A stretch of 64,000 bases of DNA. Origin: Eledone cirrhosa. Lineage: Eukaryota. The stretch covers positions 1,860,001-1,924,000 of the forward strand of contig OZ024747.1 in NCBI GenBank assembly GCA_964016885.1. The letters are read 5' to 3'. Below are positions 37,292 through 51,794 of this stretch, piece by piece; position 1 is the stretch's first letter; every line of letters begins with the position of its first letter. The notes below the pieces were generated by a model. The model did not search any database and had not been told where the DNA came from. It was given only the letters and a program-made list of their open reading frames with translations. Position numbers and translations under genes: made by a program.

Positions 37292-37293
37292 CA

Positions 37294-37325
<32 letters not shown>

Positions 37326-37333
37326 CATACATA

Positions 37334-37381
<48 letters not shown>

Positions 37382-37443
37382 CATACATATTTATATATAT
37401 ATATATATATATACATACATATTTATTTATATATATATATATA

Positions 37444-38105
37444 TCATCATCATCATCAACGTTTAACGTCCGTGTTCCACGCTTGCATGGGTTTGGACGG
37501 GGGTAGTCCCACTTGAGGCAATAGTGATTGTCTTGCTCGCATAGGACTGTCTGGCAGGTTTTCTACAGTTGGATGCCCTTCCTAACACCAACCACATTTA
37601 CAGTGTGGGTCTGGGAGGTTTTTACCGTGTTGCCTACACGGCCACATTACAGCGTGGACTGTGTGTTTTTTTGTCGTGACACCTACACAATCTCATTTGT
37701 TTCGGCCTGGATGGCGCGGCACCAACATAACTTTATATAGACGGGGTGGTGTGGATGGGGTGGGGGTGGTGGGACGGGGTGTATTTGTTAGAGATGCCTA
37801 CTGGCTGTAGTAGGTTTTACTATGTATTTAGGTAAGGCGGGTCTTCTCTGTTACTGAGTACCGCCAAAGGTCTCGGTCCAGTGACATTGTCTTGGAGAGG
37901 TGTAAGTGTGTGATGTCGGAGTTTATCAGCTCGTCCCAGATTTTTCTAGGTCTGCCTATTCCGTGACTACCGTCTATCTTTATTGCCCTGCACTTTGTTA
38001 TACAGCTATCGACTTTCATGCGCATCACGTGTCCATACCAACGTAGCCTTCTCTCGAGTAAACAACATCTGATCCCTCTTATTTCTAATTTTTTCCTTAG
38101 TTTGG

Positions 38106-38107
<2 letters not shown>
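37444..38107 (-). mobile_element. 5'-truncated RTE LINE copy in (TA)n
   Basis: Matches 40539-41220; encodes [12 protein letters not shown]...GRPRK; (GAT)n tail. Confidence 0.93.
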
Positions 38108-38150
<43 letters not shown>

Positions 38151-38238
38151 CATATTTATATATATATATATATATATAAAGATACATATACATGTATATG
38201 TACATGTGTGTGTGTATACATATATATATATAAATATG

Positions 38239-38277
<39 letters not shown>

Positions 38278-38696
38278 CAACCAGGAAATAAGTTTTGTCA
38301 TTTGGAAGCCCAACAATGTGTGTGAGATTTAAGTGCCAAGGTAAGAATTTGAGAAAATAGAACAAAAGACTTGAGATAAAAGAGAATGGTAGAAAATTAC
38401 CATAGCAATGATCCCAAATATATATATCACCATTTAATGTTGGCATGAATTACACGGGTCAGCCAGTTTGGCCAGTATTGGTCACACCAAACCTTGCTCC
38501 AACAAAACTGTAAATTTGGCTGTGGCTTTTACAGCTGGATACCCTTCCTAACACCCACCACATTTACAGTGTGGGACTGGGTGGTACCATTAGGAGGAGG
38601 GACAGACCAGTTGGTTGTACCAAACTCTTCTCACAATTGAACAATAGTTTGGGAGCCAATATATATATACTTGTCCAACATATCATGCAATATAAT

Positions 38697-38808
38697 TGTT
38701 TCTACTTTTGACACAAGGCCAGCAATTGCCCAGTGCATTACTGGTACTTTATTTTATCGACCCCGTAAGGGTGAAAGGCAAAGTTAATCTTGGCGGGATT
38801 TGAACTCA
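38697..38808 (-). mobile_element. 5'-truncated family-A SINE with 20-bp TSD
   Basis: Direct repeat AACATATCATGCAATATAAT at 38677-38696 and 38809-38828; body matches the 5541 copy up to the B box. Confidence 0.9.
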
Positions 38809-39124
38809 AACATATCATGCAATATAATAGAACTTGAAACCACGTGGTTGTGAAATTAACTTCTTAACTCCACAGCTTTGTCTGGTATTCTAGAAGAAAC
38901 TATCATCTGTTTCTTAAACCTTTTCATTCTATGAGGCCTATGTAAAGATTTAATACTTGAAAGGAGTATTATGAATACAGACTAAGCAAGGGATTAAAGT
39001 AATGAAAGTAATTATATATTGCTGTATTTAAGGAATGATTTTATTTAATTACAGAAAGTATTTAAATGTCACTTTATTATCAGTCTTGAGACTTTATCTG
39101 TGATCTTACTATAAGTCAGTCAGT

Positions 39125-39862
39125 CAGCATAATCACCATCACCACCACCATCACCACCACCACTGACACCACCACCACCACCACTGACACCCCCACCACC
39201 ACTGCCACCACCACCACCGACACCACCACCATCACCACTAACACCACCACCGACACCACCACTATCACCACAACCACCACCACCACCACCACCATCACCA
39301 CAACCATCACCACCACCATCACCACTACCATCACCACCACCACCACCACCATCATCATCACCACAACCACCACCATCATCACCACAACCACCACCACCAC
39401 TGACACCACAACCATCACCACCACCATCACCATCACCACCACCATCATCACCACCATCACCACAACCACCACCACCACCACTATCACCACAACCACCACC
39501 ATCATCATCATCACAACCACCACCACCACTGACACTACAACCATCACCATCACCACCACCATCACCACCACCACCATCACCATCACCACCACCACCATCA
39601 AAACCATCACCACCACCATCACCACCACCATCACCACCACCATCACCACCACCACTGACACCACAACCATCACCACCACCACTAACACCACAACCATCAC
39701 CACCACCACCACCACTGACACCACAACCATCACCACCACCACTGACACCACAACCACCACCACCACCACCACTGACACCACCACCACTGACACCACCACT
39801 ACTGACACCACCACTGACACCACAACCATCACCACCACCAACACCATCACCACCACCATCCA
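39125..39862. repeat. Degenerate (CAC/CAT/GAC)n trinucleotide tract
   Basis: Direct inspection. Confidence 0.93.
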
Positions 39863-40124
39863 TAGACATATGTCTGTACCAACACAATCTGTTCTCAAAT
39901 CATCAGGTCTTTATTGCCAACAGAGGTAATAATTCCCTCAACTCTTTCCACTGTCTTCTTATTCTTCTTTCTATGATTTCATAGAAGCCTCCTTCACTGT
40001 TAATAGGCAACAGAAGCTATCAACTACATCTATAGAGCCTTCAGCCTTCCAGGGATTGGAAAAGTTTATTTTCATGGGGTACTTAGTGTAAACTACTTCT
40101 GTACATCTGGCAGACACAAAATGA

Positions 40125-40171
40125 AATGTCACTGATGAAGGATAACAATCCAGAAACAGCTGTCTAGCATT
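40125..40171 (+). ncRNA. Type I hammerhead ribozyme motif
   Basis: AATGTCA-CTGATGA-A GGAT AACA ATCC A-GAAAC AGCT GTC-TAGCATT: intact core, palindromic stem/loop III ACAGCTGT, GUC triplet; stem I has one mismatch. Confidence 0.75.
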
Positions 40172-40349
40172 CTCATTGGCTACTGACATGATCACAGCTT
40201 TAAATATTTATAGGGACACTCATATGTTTATTATATATAAACATATCACATATGGTTTCATATACATACATTATATTATAGTTAATATGTGTTGTAGTAG
40301 GCTTTGCAAAAAGCAAAAACATTCTCTCATATTTTAATCTTACCCTCCA

Positions 40350-40500
40350 AACATTTCTTTATGCTCACACACACAAATGAAACAGTTCTAGTCCTGTAGA
40401 AGGAATTTCTATATATTATTATATTATAAAGATGGCTATATTCTACTAATGTATTGAGTCGCTTTTTTAACTGTGGTTACCCTACAGAACTTGGGAATCT
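40350..40500 (+). mobile_element. Decayed H1-family element end with half-intact hammerhead
   Basis: AATGAAACAGTTCTAGTCCTGTAGAA (40376-40401) is identical to the 51.26 kb copy; downstream ATGTATTGAGT...ACTGTGGTTACC also matches it; CTGATGA is lost. Confidence 0.65.
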
Positions 40501-40507
40501 ACATATT

Positions 40508-40538
<31 letters not shown>

Positions 40539-40539
<1 letters not shown>

Positions 40540-43500
40540 CATCATCATCATCATCATCATCATCAGGTTTAGCGTCCGTGTTCCACGCTTGCATGGGTTT
40601 GGACGGGGTTTTCCCACTTGAGGCAAGAGTGGTTGTCTTGCTCGCATAGGACTGTCTGGCGGGTTTTCTACAGCTGGATGCCCTTCCTAACACCAACCAC
40701 ATTTACAGTGTGGGGCTGGGAGGTTTTTACCGTGTTGCCTACACGGCCACATTTACAGCGTGGACTGTGTGTTTTTTTGTCGTGACACCTACACAATCTC
40801 ATTTGTCTCGGCCTGGATGTTGTGGGACCAACATAACTTTACATTGAAAGGGGCGGTGTGGGTGGGGTGGAGGTGGTGGGACGGGGGGGGGGGGGGTTGA
40901 TAGAGATGCCTACTGACTGTAGTAGGTTTTTACTTTGTATTTAGGTAAGGCGGGTCTTCTCTATTACTGAGTACCGCCAAAGGTCTCGGTCCAGTAACAT
41001 TGTCTTGGAGAGGTGTAAGTGTGTGTGGTCGGAATTTATCAGCTCGTCCCATGTTTTTCTGGGTCTGCCTACTCCGTGGCTACTGTCTATCTTTATTGCT
41101 CTGCACTTTGTTATACAGCTGTTGTCTTTCATGCGCATCACGTGACCGTACCAACGTAGCCTTCTCTCGAGTAAACAACATCTGATCCCTCTTATTTCTA
41201 ATTTTTTCCTTAGTTCGTTTATGCTTTGCCGTTCACGTATATTACTATTGCACATCCAGCGGAGCATGCAAGCTTCGTTCCTCTCTAGTCTGCGTATATC
41301 CTCTGCACACAATGCCCAGGTCTCACTGCCATGCAGCATTGCTGTTCATATGCAGGCATCGTATAACCTGCCTTTCATTTTTAGGGAGAACCCTCTAGCG
41401 GCTAATAGTGGTATAAGCTCTCTGAACTTTTTCCATCCAGTTCTGACTCTAGCTACTGTACTTTCAGAGCACCCTCCCCCACTGCTGATTTTGTCACCCA
41501 GATAACGGAATCTGTCCACTATTTCTATAGAACCCTCTGCGCAGTTGAAGGAGCTAGTATTTTGTGGGCACTTGCTGCTACTTATTGCACCAGTGCACCG
41601 GCCACATGTAAAATCTATGTTCTTAGTTAGCTTACCTGTGATCCCACTACATCTTTTATGCACCCATCCTTTGCATTTGGGACATAAAATGGAGTTTCTA
41701 CCTACGCCTTTCCTACACACTGAGCATGGCCATTTCCCAGATGGGACCGCCGCCTTATTTTCTTTCCTACAAACTAGAACTTTAGTCTTAGCCAGGTTAA
41801 TTTTAAGGCCTTTTGATTCTAGGCCGTGCTTCCATGTTTGGAATTTCTTCTCTAGTTCGGTCATTGATTCAGCTATGAGCGTTAGATCATCTGCGTATAG
41901 GAGTTCCCATGGGCAGCCGGTCTTGAACTCCTCTGTTATAGCCTGAAGGGCAATAATAAATAGTAGGGGGCTAAGAACAGAGCCCTGATGGACACCAACT
42001 TTTACGCTAAACTCTTCACTATATTCGTTGTTAATTCTAACCTTACTGACTGTTTCTTTATACATGGCTTGTATAGCTCTCACAAGCCATTCGTCAACAC
42101 CTAGTTTTCTAAGAGACCACCAGATAATGGAACGGGGGACTCTGTCGAAGGCTTTCTCCAAGTCGACGAAAGCTAAGTATAGGGGTTTACTTTTAGCTAG
42201 GTACTTCTCCTGTAGTTGTCGTACAATGAAAAGAGCGTCTGTGGTACTTTTGCCTGACACAAACCCGAACTGCATTTCATCTAGATCAATTCTCTCTCTG
42301 ATTAGTTGCGCTATTACTTTTTCCGTGACCTTCATGACCTGGTCGATTAATTTAATGCCTCTATAGTTACTCCTATCTAGGGCATCTCCTTTTCCCTTAT
42401 AGCAGTTAACGATGATGCTGCTACGCCAGTCCTTCGGAACAACCCCATTCTGTACGACTTGGTTAACTATCCGGGTGACCATGGTGTGTCCCACCGAATC
42501 AGATGCCTTCAGCATCTCAGCAACTATTTCCGAAGGCCCAGCCGCCTTACCCGTCTTCATATCTTTGATTGCCTTACTTATTATACTACCTTCAACTAAC
42601 ACTGCTGGTCCCTCTATTGGATCGATCTGGGGGAGACTGTCTTTCTCCCATTTGTTCTCCTCATTTAGAAGCCTTTCGTAGTGACACTTCCAAGCTACCT
42701 TCTTATCAGCGTCGGTGATGGCAAGTATGCCATCATCGTTAAGTACACACTTCTCCCCGACAATATCACGGTTTTCCTTGACACATTGCCTGGCAATCCT
42801 GAACACCTCACGTTTTTGGTCCTCACGTTGTAGAACATGCTTGAACTTTCTTTCCTCTGCTTCCCTTCTTGCGAAGTACACTTGTCTCCTAGCTTCCCTC
42901 CTGGCCACTTGATAGTCTTCTCTACTTCCCCCATCCTGCCATACTTTCCAAGCCTGCTTTTTGGCCTTAATTGACTCCTCCACCTTACTGTTCCACCACC
43001 ATGTTACTCTCCTCCTACCTACAGGCCTGCTCCAGCCACAGACTTCGTCTGCCGCCGTCAGCAGGTTTGCTCTCAGGAATTCCCACTGTTCCTCTATATT
43101 ATACGACTCTAATTGCTCTTCCTTACTGTCGAAAGCGTCAAGTAATATGCTTTGAAATTTATTTCTGGCTATGGGGTCCTTTAGCTTCCATATTTTTCTC
43201 CTGAGGATAGTCCTCTTCCGCTGTCTAGTACGTCTCGTCCTGACTATGAGGTCGCTAATTATCAGTCTATGTTGGGAGGTGAATTCTTCATGGGGGAGGG
43301 ATTTAGTGTTAACAACAGACACTCTGTCACGTCTTCTGGTAAGGATATAATCTACCTGGCTTGTGTGTTCCCCCGATCTATAGGTGATCAAGTGATTGTC
43401 TCGTTTTTTGAAGTTAGTGTTACAGATAGTTAAGTTATTTGCGTCGCAGAATTCCAGGATTCTGGAGCCTTCCTCATTTCTAGTACCGAACCCATAGCCT

Positions 43501-44394
43501 CCATGGATTCCGTCATAGCCGTCACAATGTTGTCCAACATGACCATTTAGGTCGCCTGCAATAACTATATAGTCACTGTCGGTTATTTGGGAGGTAGCGA
43601 GCATCAGTGTCTCGTAGAATCTGTCTTTTATAGCGCCGGGCAGTCCGGATTGGGGTGCGTACGCAGATATTACTGTCACCGTAGTTTTATTGAGGACAAG
43701 TCTTATTTTAATTATTCTGTCGTTCACTCTATTTACGTCTATTATCTTATCTGCCCACTTTTCTGCTACCATGATTCCTACCCCACCCAACCCATTGTCA
43801 TTTCCCACCCAGAAAAGCTTATAGCATCGTTCTTTACCCACGATGAATCTAGCCGACCCTCCCCTCCACCTGGTCTCTTGAATACAACAAACATCGACCT
43901 CCTTACGTTCAAGCATTTCTACAACCTCGTTAGAGCGACCCTTTCAGGTGCCTACATTCATGGTACCAACTCTGAAGTTTTGGATTGCGTTTGGAGGGTG
44001 GGAGCGGTGGGGCGCGGGGGGGGGGGGTATGTTAGCCATCCTGGGCCGAAACAAGGAGGAGTGCTTGCATTCTCGTCCACGAGGTGAATTTGGCTTTATC
44101 TTTGGCATTGTCGCTGAGCGTCCACATTTTTCTCTCTTCAACTCTCCAGAATTCCGTAGTCCATCCATCATATCGAAAAGCAACCAGTTAAGCGATAGTA
44201 TGGGCCTCTGACTTATGATTGGTCCACGTAATAATGGTGGTGCATGGGGGCGGGTGGGAGGGATGATGGGTTGTTAGCGAGAATGTAAGGTTTAAGATAA
44301 GATCGCCGTATTTTGGGCATAATTTAACAATAAACGAAAATACAAGATTTGTTTTGTTTAAGAAAATACGATAGAGAAAATGCGGTGATAGGGA

Positions 44395-44396
<2 letters not shown>
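40539..44396 (-). mobile_element. Apparently full-length RTE-clade LINE (~3.86 kb) between two (TA)n tracts
   Basis: Single APE-RT reading frame, ~400-bp 3' UTR and (GAT)n tail; the 5' boundary is inferred from the TA tract. Confidence 0.9.
40941..44183 (-). pseudogene. RTE ORF (APE + RT + embedded PHD-type finger) interrupted by two in-frame TGA codons
   Basis: ORF-track pieces 43944-44183, 41346-43916 and 40941-41339 are in one frame; motifs NVGT, IQETRW, YAPQ, GDLNGH, DLEKAFDRV, HQGSVLSP, YADD, RYLG, RLRWYGH; stops at 43944-43946 and 41346-41348. Confidence 0.93.
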
Positions 44397-44441
<45 letters not shown>

Positions 44442-44452
44442 TATATAACTTT

Positions 44453-45763
44453 TCTACGCAATCTAACGCTCATAGCTGAATCGATGGCTGAACTAGAGAA
44501 GAATTTCCAAACATGGAAGCATGGCCTAGAATCAAAAGGCCTTAAAGTTAACTTGTCTAAGACTGAAGTACTAGAATGTAGAAAGGAAAATAGGGCACTG
44601 ATCCCCTCTGGGAAATGGCCATGCTCAGTGTGTAGGAAAGGAGTAGGCAGAAATTCCATTTTATGTCCCAAATGCAAAGTATGGGTGCATAAAAGATGTA
44701 GTGGGATCACAGGTAAGCTAACTAAGGACATAGATTTTATATGTGGCCGGTGCACAGGTGCAATAAGTAGCAAGCGCCCACAGGATACTAGCTCCTTCTA
44801 TTGCCCAGATGGCTCTATAGAAATAGTGGACACCTTCCGTTACCTGGGTGACAAAATCAGCAGTGGGGGAGGGTGCTCAGAAAATACAGTAGCCAGAGTC
44901 AGAACGGGATGGAAAAAGTCCAGAGAGCTTATACCACTATTGGCCGCTAAAGGTTTCTCTCTAAAAATGAAAGGCAGACTGTATGATGCTTGCATACGAA
45001 CAGCTACGTTACATGGCAGTGAGACATGGGCATTGTGGGCAGAGGATATACGCAGACTGGAGAGGAACGAAGCATGCATGCTCTGCTAGATGTGTAATAG
45101 TAATATACGTGAACAGCAAAGCATAAATGAACTAAGTGAGAAATTAGGTATAAGAGGGATCAGATACTGTTTACTCAAGAGAAGACCACGTTGGTATGGT
45201 CACTTGATGCGCATGAAAGATGACAGCTGTATAAAAAAGTGCAGGGCGATCAAAATTGACGGAAATTATGGAGTAGGCAGACCCAGAAAAACCTGGGACG
45301 ACTTGATAAATTCCGACCTCACACACTTACACCTCTCTAAGACAATGTCACTGGACCAAGATCTTTGGCACCATGCTGTAATACAGAAAACCCGCCTTGC
45401 CTAAGTACAAAGCAAAACCTACAGTAAGTAGGCAAATATATACCCCCCTCCCACTACCCCAACTCCCCCACCCCCATCAACACCGCCCCTTTCTCTGTAA
45501 ACTTATGCTGGTACCACAACATCCAGTCCTAAATAAATGAGGTTGTGTAGGTGTCACAACAAAAAAACACAGTCCATGCTGTAATGTGGCCGTGTAGGTA
45601 ACACACTGTAAACGTGGTTGGTGTTAGGAAGGGTATTCAGCTGTAGAAAACCTGTCAGACAGTCCTATACGAGCGAGACGACCAATCTTACCTCAAATGG
45701 GACAATTCCCGTCTAAAGCCATGCTAGCGTGGAAGATAGACGTTAAATGATGATGATGATGAT
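44453..45763 (+). mobile_element. 5'-truncated RTE LINE copy, head-to-head with the long copy
   Basis: Aligns inverted to 40545-41895 starting at the YADD region; TAG at 45087; (GAT)n tail then TA. Confidence 0.93.
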
Positions 45764-46709
45764 ATATATACTTATGACAGGTAAGTATGTTTTGAAACAG
45801 CGAGAGGGTTTGAAATTAGAAATAGAAGATTTTGCTGTACTTGTGACTAAAGAAATTTTATTTGAGGGTTCTAAACCCACTATCAGGCTACCATTTCTTT
45901 AGTCAAAAGTACAGTAAAAGCTTCTATATATATATATATGTGTGTGTGTGTGCATATTAGCATGTATAGGTATATATTTATATATACACTGATAAAGACA
46001 TACCTCCACATATACATGTATTAGTTTGACAAATCTATTTTCTTCTTAATCCACCATTAAGCTTTCCAACGTTATGGATTGTATGGATGTTGTTGCCAGA
46101 TCACAGACAATTCATCTTCCAGACAGAACAGATGTGATCAGAGAACACCTCACACACAGCTTTCACAAATAGTCAAATTGTCTACATAGAGAAAAACAGG
46201 AGAAAATATTAAAGTAAAATCCTTCCTAGAAGATCTTGAGGCAGAAAATGTACGAAGAAGAAGATTAGAGCTTCTAATATAAGAAGAAGTGATGTCAATG
46301 TAGAGGCATATGTGACGGATGGGGGGGGGGGGGGTAGAAGAGTAATGTGGTCATGTATGACCACTGGTGTCACACTGTATTATACAACCAGATAATAACA
46401 GAAGACAGAAAGACATATCTAAAGTACATTTAAATCAGAATGGACAAATATAAATACATGAATCTGAATCTAAAGTCCTGACTGACATTAAATGTTGCAT
46501 ACTGAAAATGGTGGAATAATTCTACAGATTCAATAAATAGAAAAGAAAAGGAAGAAAAATACAGAAAAAAACAAATCAAATAAAAAAAAACAAAAACAAA
46601 ACAAGATCAATAATCTTGAAAAAAAAAATATTTCAAATATTTGTTAGAGTTATTGTTTTAAATATTAGTTGCTTCAAAGTAAACGGACTCCTTATTCATG
46701 GATACAAGG

Positions 46710-47105
46710 ACACATATACACACATATATACACATACACATATATATAATATACATATATACACAGATATATAATATACAATACACACACATATATACAA
46801 TATACAATTCACACACATATATACAATACACACCATACAAACTCATACACACACCACACACTCACATACACACCATATATACACCATATACTCTCATACA
46901 CACCATATACACACCATACACACCATATATACACCATATACACACCATATACACACCATATATACACCATATACACACCATATACACACCATATATACAC
47001 ACCATATATACACACCATATACACACCATATATACTCATATATACACCATATACACACCATATATATACTCCATATACACACCATATACACACCATATAT
47101 ACTCA
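46710..47105. repeat. Low-complexity (ACACCATAT)-type repeat
   Basis: Direct inspection. Confidence 0.85.
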
Positions 47106-48685
47106 TGTATGAGTTCCTTCTGTAGATAAGTTGTCTGGTGATTTTTTACATATTTTCATGGAAGATCTAAATATATACAGTGTATATATACATATATGTG
47201 TGTATGTATATACAGTGTATATATACATATATGTGTGTATGTATATGACTAAATATATGTGTGTGTATATAAATAGATAAAAAAACAAAGTGGTGACACG
47301 GAATAATTAATCAATAGAACAAAAGAGATAAAGAGAGAAGGTGAGAGAGGGAGGGAGAAAGAGCAGAAGAAATAGAGAGAGAAAGGGAAGAAGAGAGAGG
47401 GTGTGAGAGAACAGTGGTGGTGGTGGGGGATGTATAGGTTAATTTGTTAAAAGTATTGCCAAAAATATGAAATACTGATATTTGTTTTCATTGTTATAAT
47501 TGCTTTTGTTGTTGTTGCTGTTGTCGTTGTTTATGTTGCTGCTGTTGTTATAGTTCTAAAAATTCCAGAGGTTCTAAGATATCATCACTGAATGTCTCAT
47601 CTAATGAAAGGTTTCCTATATATAGATCAACATTCTCTCTTCTCACTTTTTTCCTCTCTTTTTTTGAGGAGAAAAATATAGATATTTACCTTTATTTTTA
47701 TATCACTTTCTAATTTCTAATCATAAATTTTCTTATTCATTTGCTACAAGGCAACATGCTTTGCAATATCTACTCTGCTTCTTTCTTATTTATTTATTTA
47801 TCTATCTACTACCACTACCACTACTACCATTACCACCACCACTATCATTACTATTTCTACTACTGCAACCACCACCAGCACCACTACTACCACCAATACT
47901 ACTACTACCACCACCACCACCACCACCACCACCACCACCACCACTACTACTACCAACACTACCACCACTACCACTACTACTACTACTACTATTTAAAAAA
48001 AATGTTTTTGATTTGTGTCTTGTGTTACCAAAGAATGTCATAGAAACTGCTAGAATAGTTTTCTATCTCTGTGAAAGACATTAGATATCAAGATGACAAT
48101 AAGATAAAGACATTTTTTATTTTTTTCCTCTTATTGAAATTATATAGTTGTAGAAAATCTATTTCCGTTTTCTATTCAATCACCGTTTATGATAATGATG
48201 ATATCACAGGTACATTTTTATTAAACATTATACCTAGTTGACTTCGGCTTTTCTTCTAGTTTTTTTTCTTCCTAAGAACAAATTCAAAAGTAATTAGCAA
48301 CTATCAAAAGTTCTTATAAATAACAATGATTTTTGTCAAGAAAACAAGAAATCAAATACATGTCTAAGAAAAACAAAAACAAATCAACTAAAACATAGGA
48401 AGGCTTATTTTATTTATTAATTTTTTAGATATGTTTTGTCTTCTAGCTTTCAACTCATTTGATGCAGTGTGTTTTATTTTCTAACTCAACATCCTCTCTG
48501 AGGAACAGCTAAAGTGGGAGTTTTTTGTCATTAGCAATTTACTCTATATCTTAACAATGTGTGTATATATATATGTGCCTGGCCAACTGAACTCACTCGA
48601 TATGCAAATTAGGCTGCTCAGCCATTAATATGCATAAGGAAAGTATATACTTTCAGACGTTCAACCATCTGGCAGGAAGGTATAT

Positions 48686-48724
48686 GATGCTGACGATAGC
48701 TAATAAGCTTGAAACTAGTACATC
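48686..48724 (+). ncRNA. Minimal type I hammerhead ribozyme motif
   Basis: GATG-CTGACGA-T AGC TAATAA GCT T-GAAA-CTAG-TA-CATC: intact core, palindromic ACTAGT stem III, GUA triplet; lies within a ~280-bp unique insert between TA tracts. Confidence 0.8.
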
Positions 48725-48963
48725 GTTCCTGTGTCAGTGTTGAACAAAAAGGTGACGTGGTTGCCTAAACACTGTATGGCGTAATTTGGGCTGTTTGTTT
48801 GTTTGTTTACAAACAAACAAACCGAGCATTATAATAAATGTTCGGTAAACCGATATGTGCATATATATATATGTGTGCATGTATGTATATATACACATAC
48901 TACTGTACGTCTGTATACATATATGTATGTACGTATACATATATACATACTTACATATATATG

Positions 48964-49154
<191 letters not shown>

Positions 49155-49197
49155 ATATATATATATATCCATATATATATATATATATATATATATA

Positions 49198-49710
49198 TCA
49201 TCATCATCATCATCAACGTTTAACGTCCGTGTTCCACGCTTGCATGGGTTTGGACGGGGGTAGTCCCACTTGAGGCAAGAGTGATTGTCTTGCTCGCATA
49301 GGACTGTCTGGCAGGTTTTCTACAGTTGGATGCCCTTCCTAACACCAACCACATTTACAGTGTGGGTCTGGGAGGTTTTTACCGTGTTGCCTACACGGCC
49401 ACATTACAGCGTGGACTGTGTGTTTTTTTGTCGTGACACCTACACGATCTCATTTGTTTCGGCCTGGATGGCGCGGCACCAACATAACTTTACATAGAAT
49501 GGGGTGGTGTGGATGGGGTGGGGGTGGTGGTGGTGGGACGGGGTGTATTTTGTTAGCGATGCCTACTGGCTGGAGTAGGTTTACTATATATTTAGGTAAG
49601 GCGGGTCTTCTCTGTTACTGAGTACCGCCAAAGGTCTCGGTCCAGTGACATTGTCTTGGAGAGGTGTAAGTGTGTGAGGTCGGAGTTTATCAGCTCGTCC
49701 CAGGTTTTTC

Positions 49711-49711
<1 letters not shown>
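49198..49711 (-). mobile_element. 5'-truncated RTE LINE copy in (TA)n
   Basis: Near-identical to 37444-37950; TA tracts on both sides. Confidence 0.93.
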
Positions 49712-51172
<1,461 letters not shown>

Positions 51173-51794
51173 CGTTATTCCGGGTTGAATCGGAGGTAAC
51201 CACAGTAAGTAAGGTACTCAATACATAGCAGAGTATAAAAGTTTTAATATAGATGAGATTCTACAGGACTAGAACTGTTTCATTCATTAGAAATCATCAG
51301 GAATCTGGGTATCAAAAAATAAATATGGTATTTATAGGTCTCTACAAGTGGTAGGAGAGGGTGGGGAGTGGGATGGGTGCAGGTCATTGGTTGATAGAAA
51401 AGGGAATTCATTAAAAGCTAATTCTACAAAGCTATAGTTTATTTTTATTTATTTATGTTTTTAGAGTAACAAGGGCAGACAGAATTCTATAAACAGGTTC
51501 CGGATGGCATACCATTACTTGTCATTAAGTTTCTCTTAAGCTAACAGATGTCTATAAAATCAGTGGGGGGTCAGTCATGGTCGATAGAATTAAAGAAAAG
51601 GGAGATTCTTTAAAAGCTAAAATCATTAAGGTTCTACCAAGTGACAAAGGTCTAGAGAATTCTGCAGACAGATTCAAAATACTGAGTGCATATCTTACTA
51701 TTATCTTCGAACTTCTCTTAAACTAATCAACTATATGCCAAAAATCAACAGACACATTCACAAAAAAACAAAACTGAATGTGTCTGTTGATTTT
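51173..51794 (-). mobile_element. Non-coding hammerhead-bearing element (family H1) with terminal fold-back
   Basis: Inverted homolog of 34222-34752; 20-bp inverted repeat at 51741-51760 / 51775-51794. Confidence 0.75.
51256..51306 (-). ncRNA. Type I hammerhead ribozyme motif
   Basis: Reverse complement AGATTC-CTGATGA-T TTC TAAT GAA T-GAAA-CAG TTCTAGTC CTG-TA-GAATCT; differs from the 34684 motif only in loops. Confidence 0.8.

Noticed and set aside
39116-39898. Gly-rich / Val-rich / His-rich ORFs
   Set aside because: Degenerate CAC triplet tract open in several frames; no splice or domain support.
43944-43946. In-frame TGA codons in the RTE ORF as programmed readthrough or selenocysteine
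   Set aside because: The 41346 stop is CGA in the sister copy (CpG decay), and the other falls at a normally hydrophobic position; ordinary nonsense mutations are simpler.
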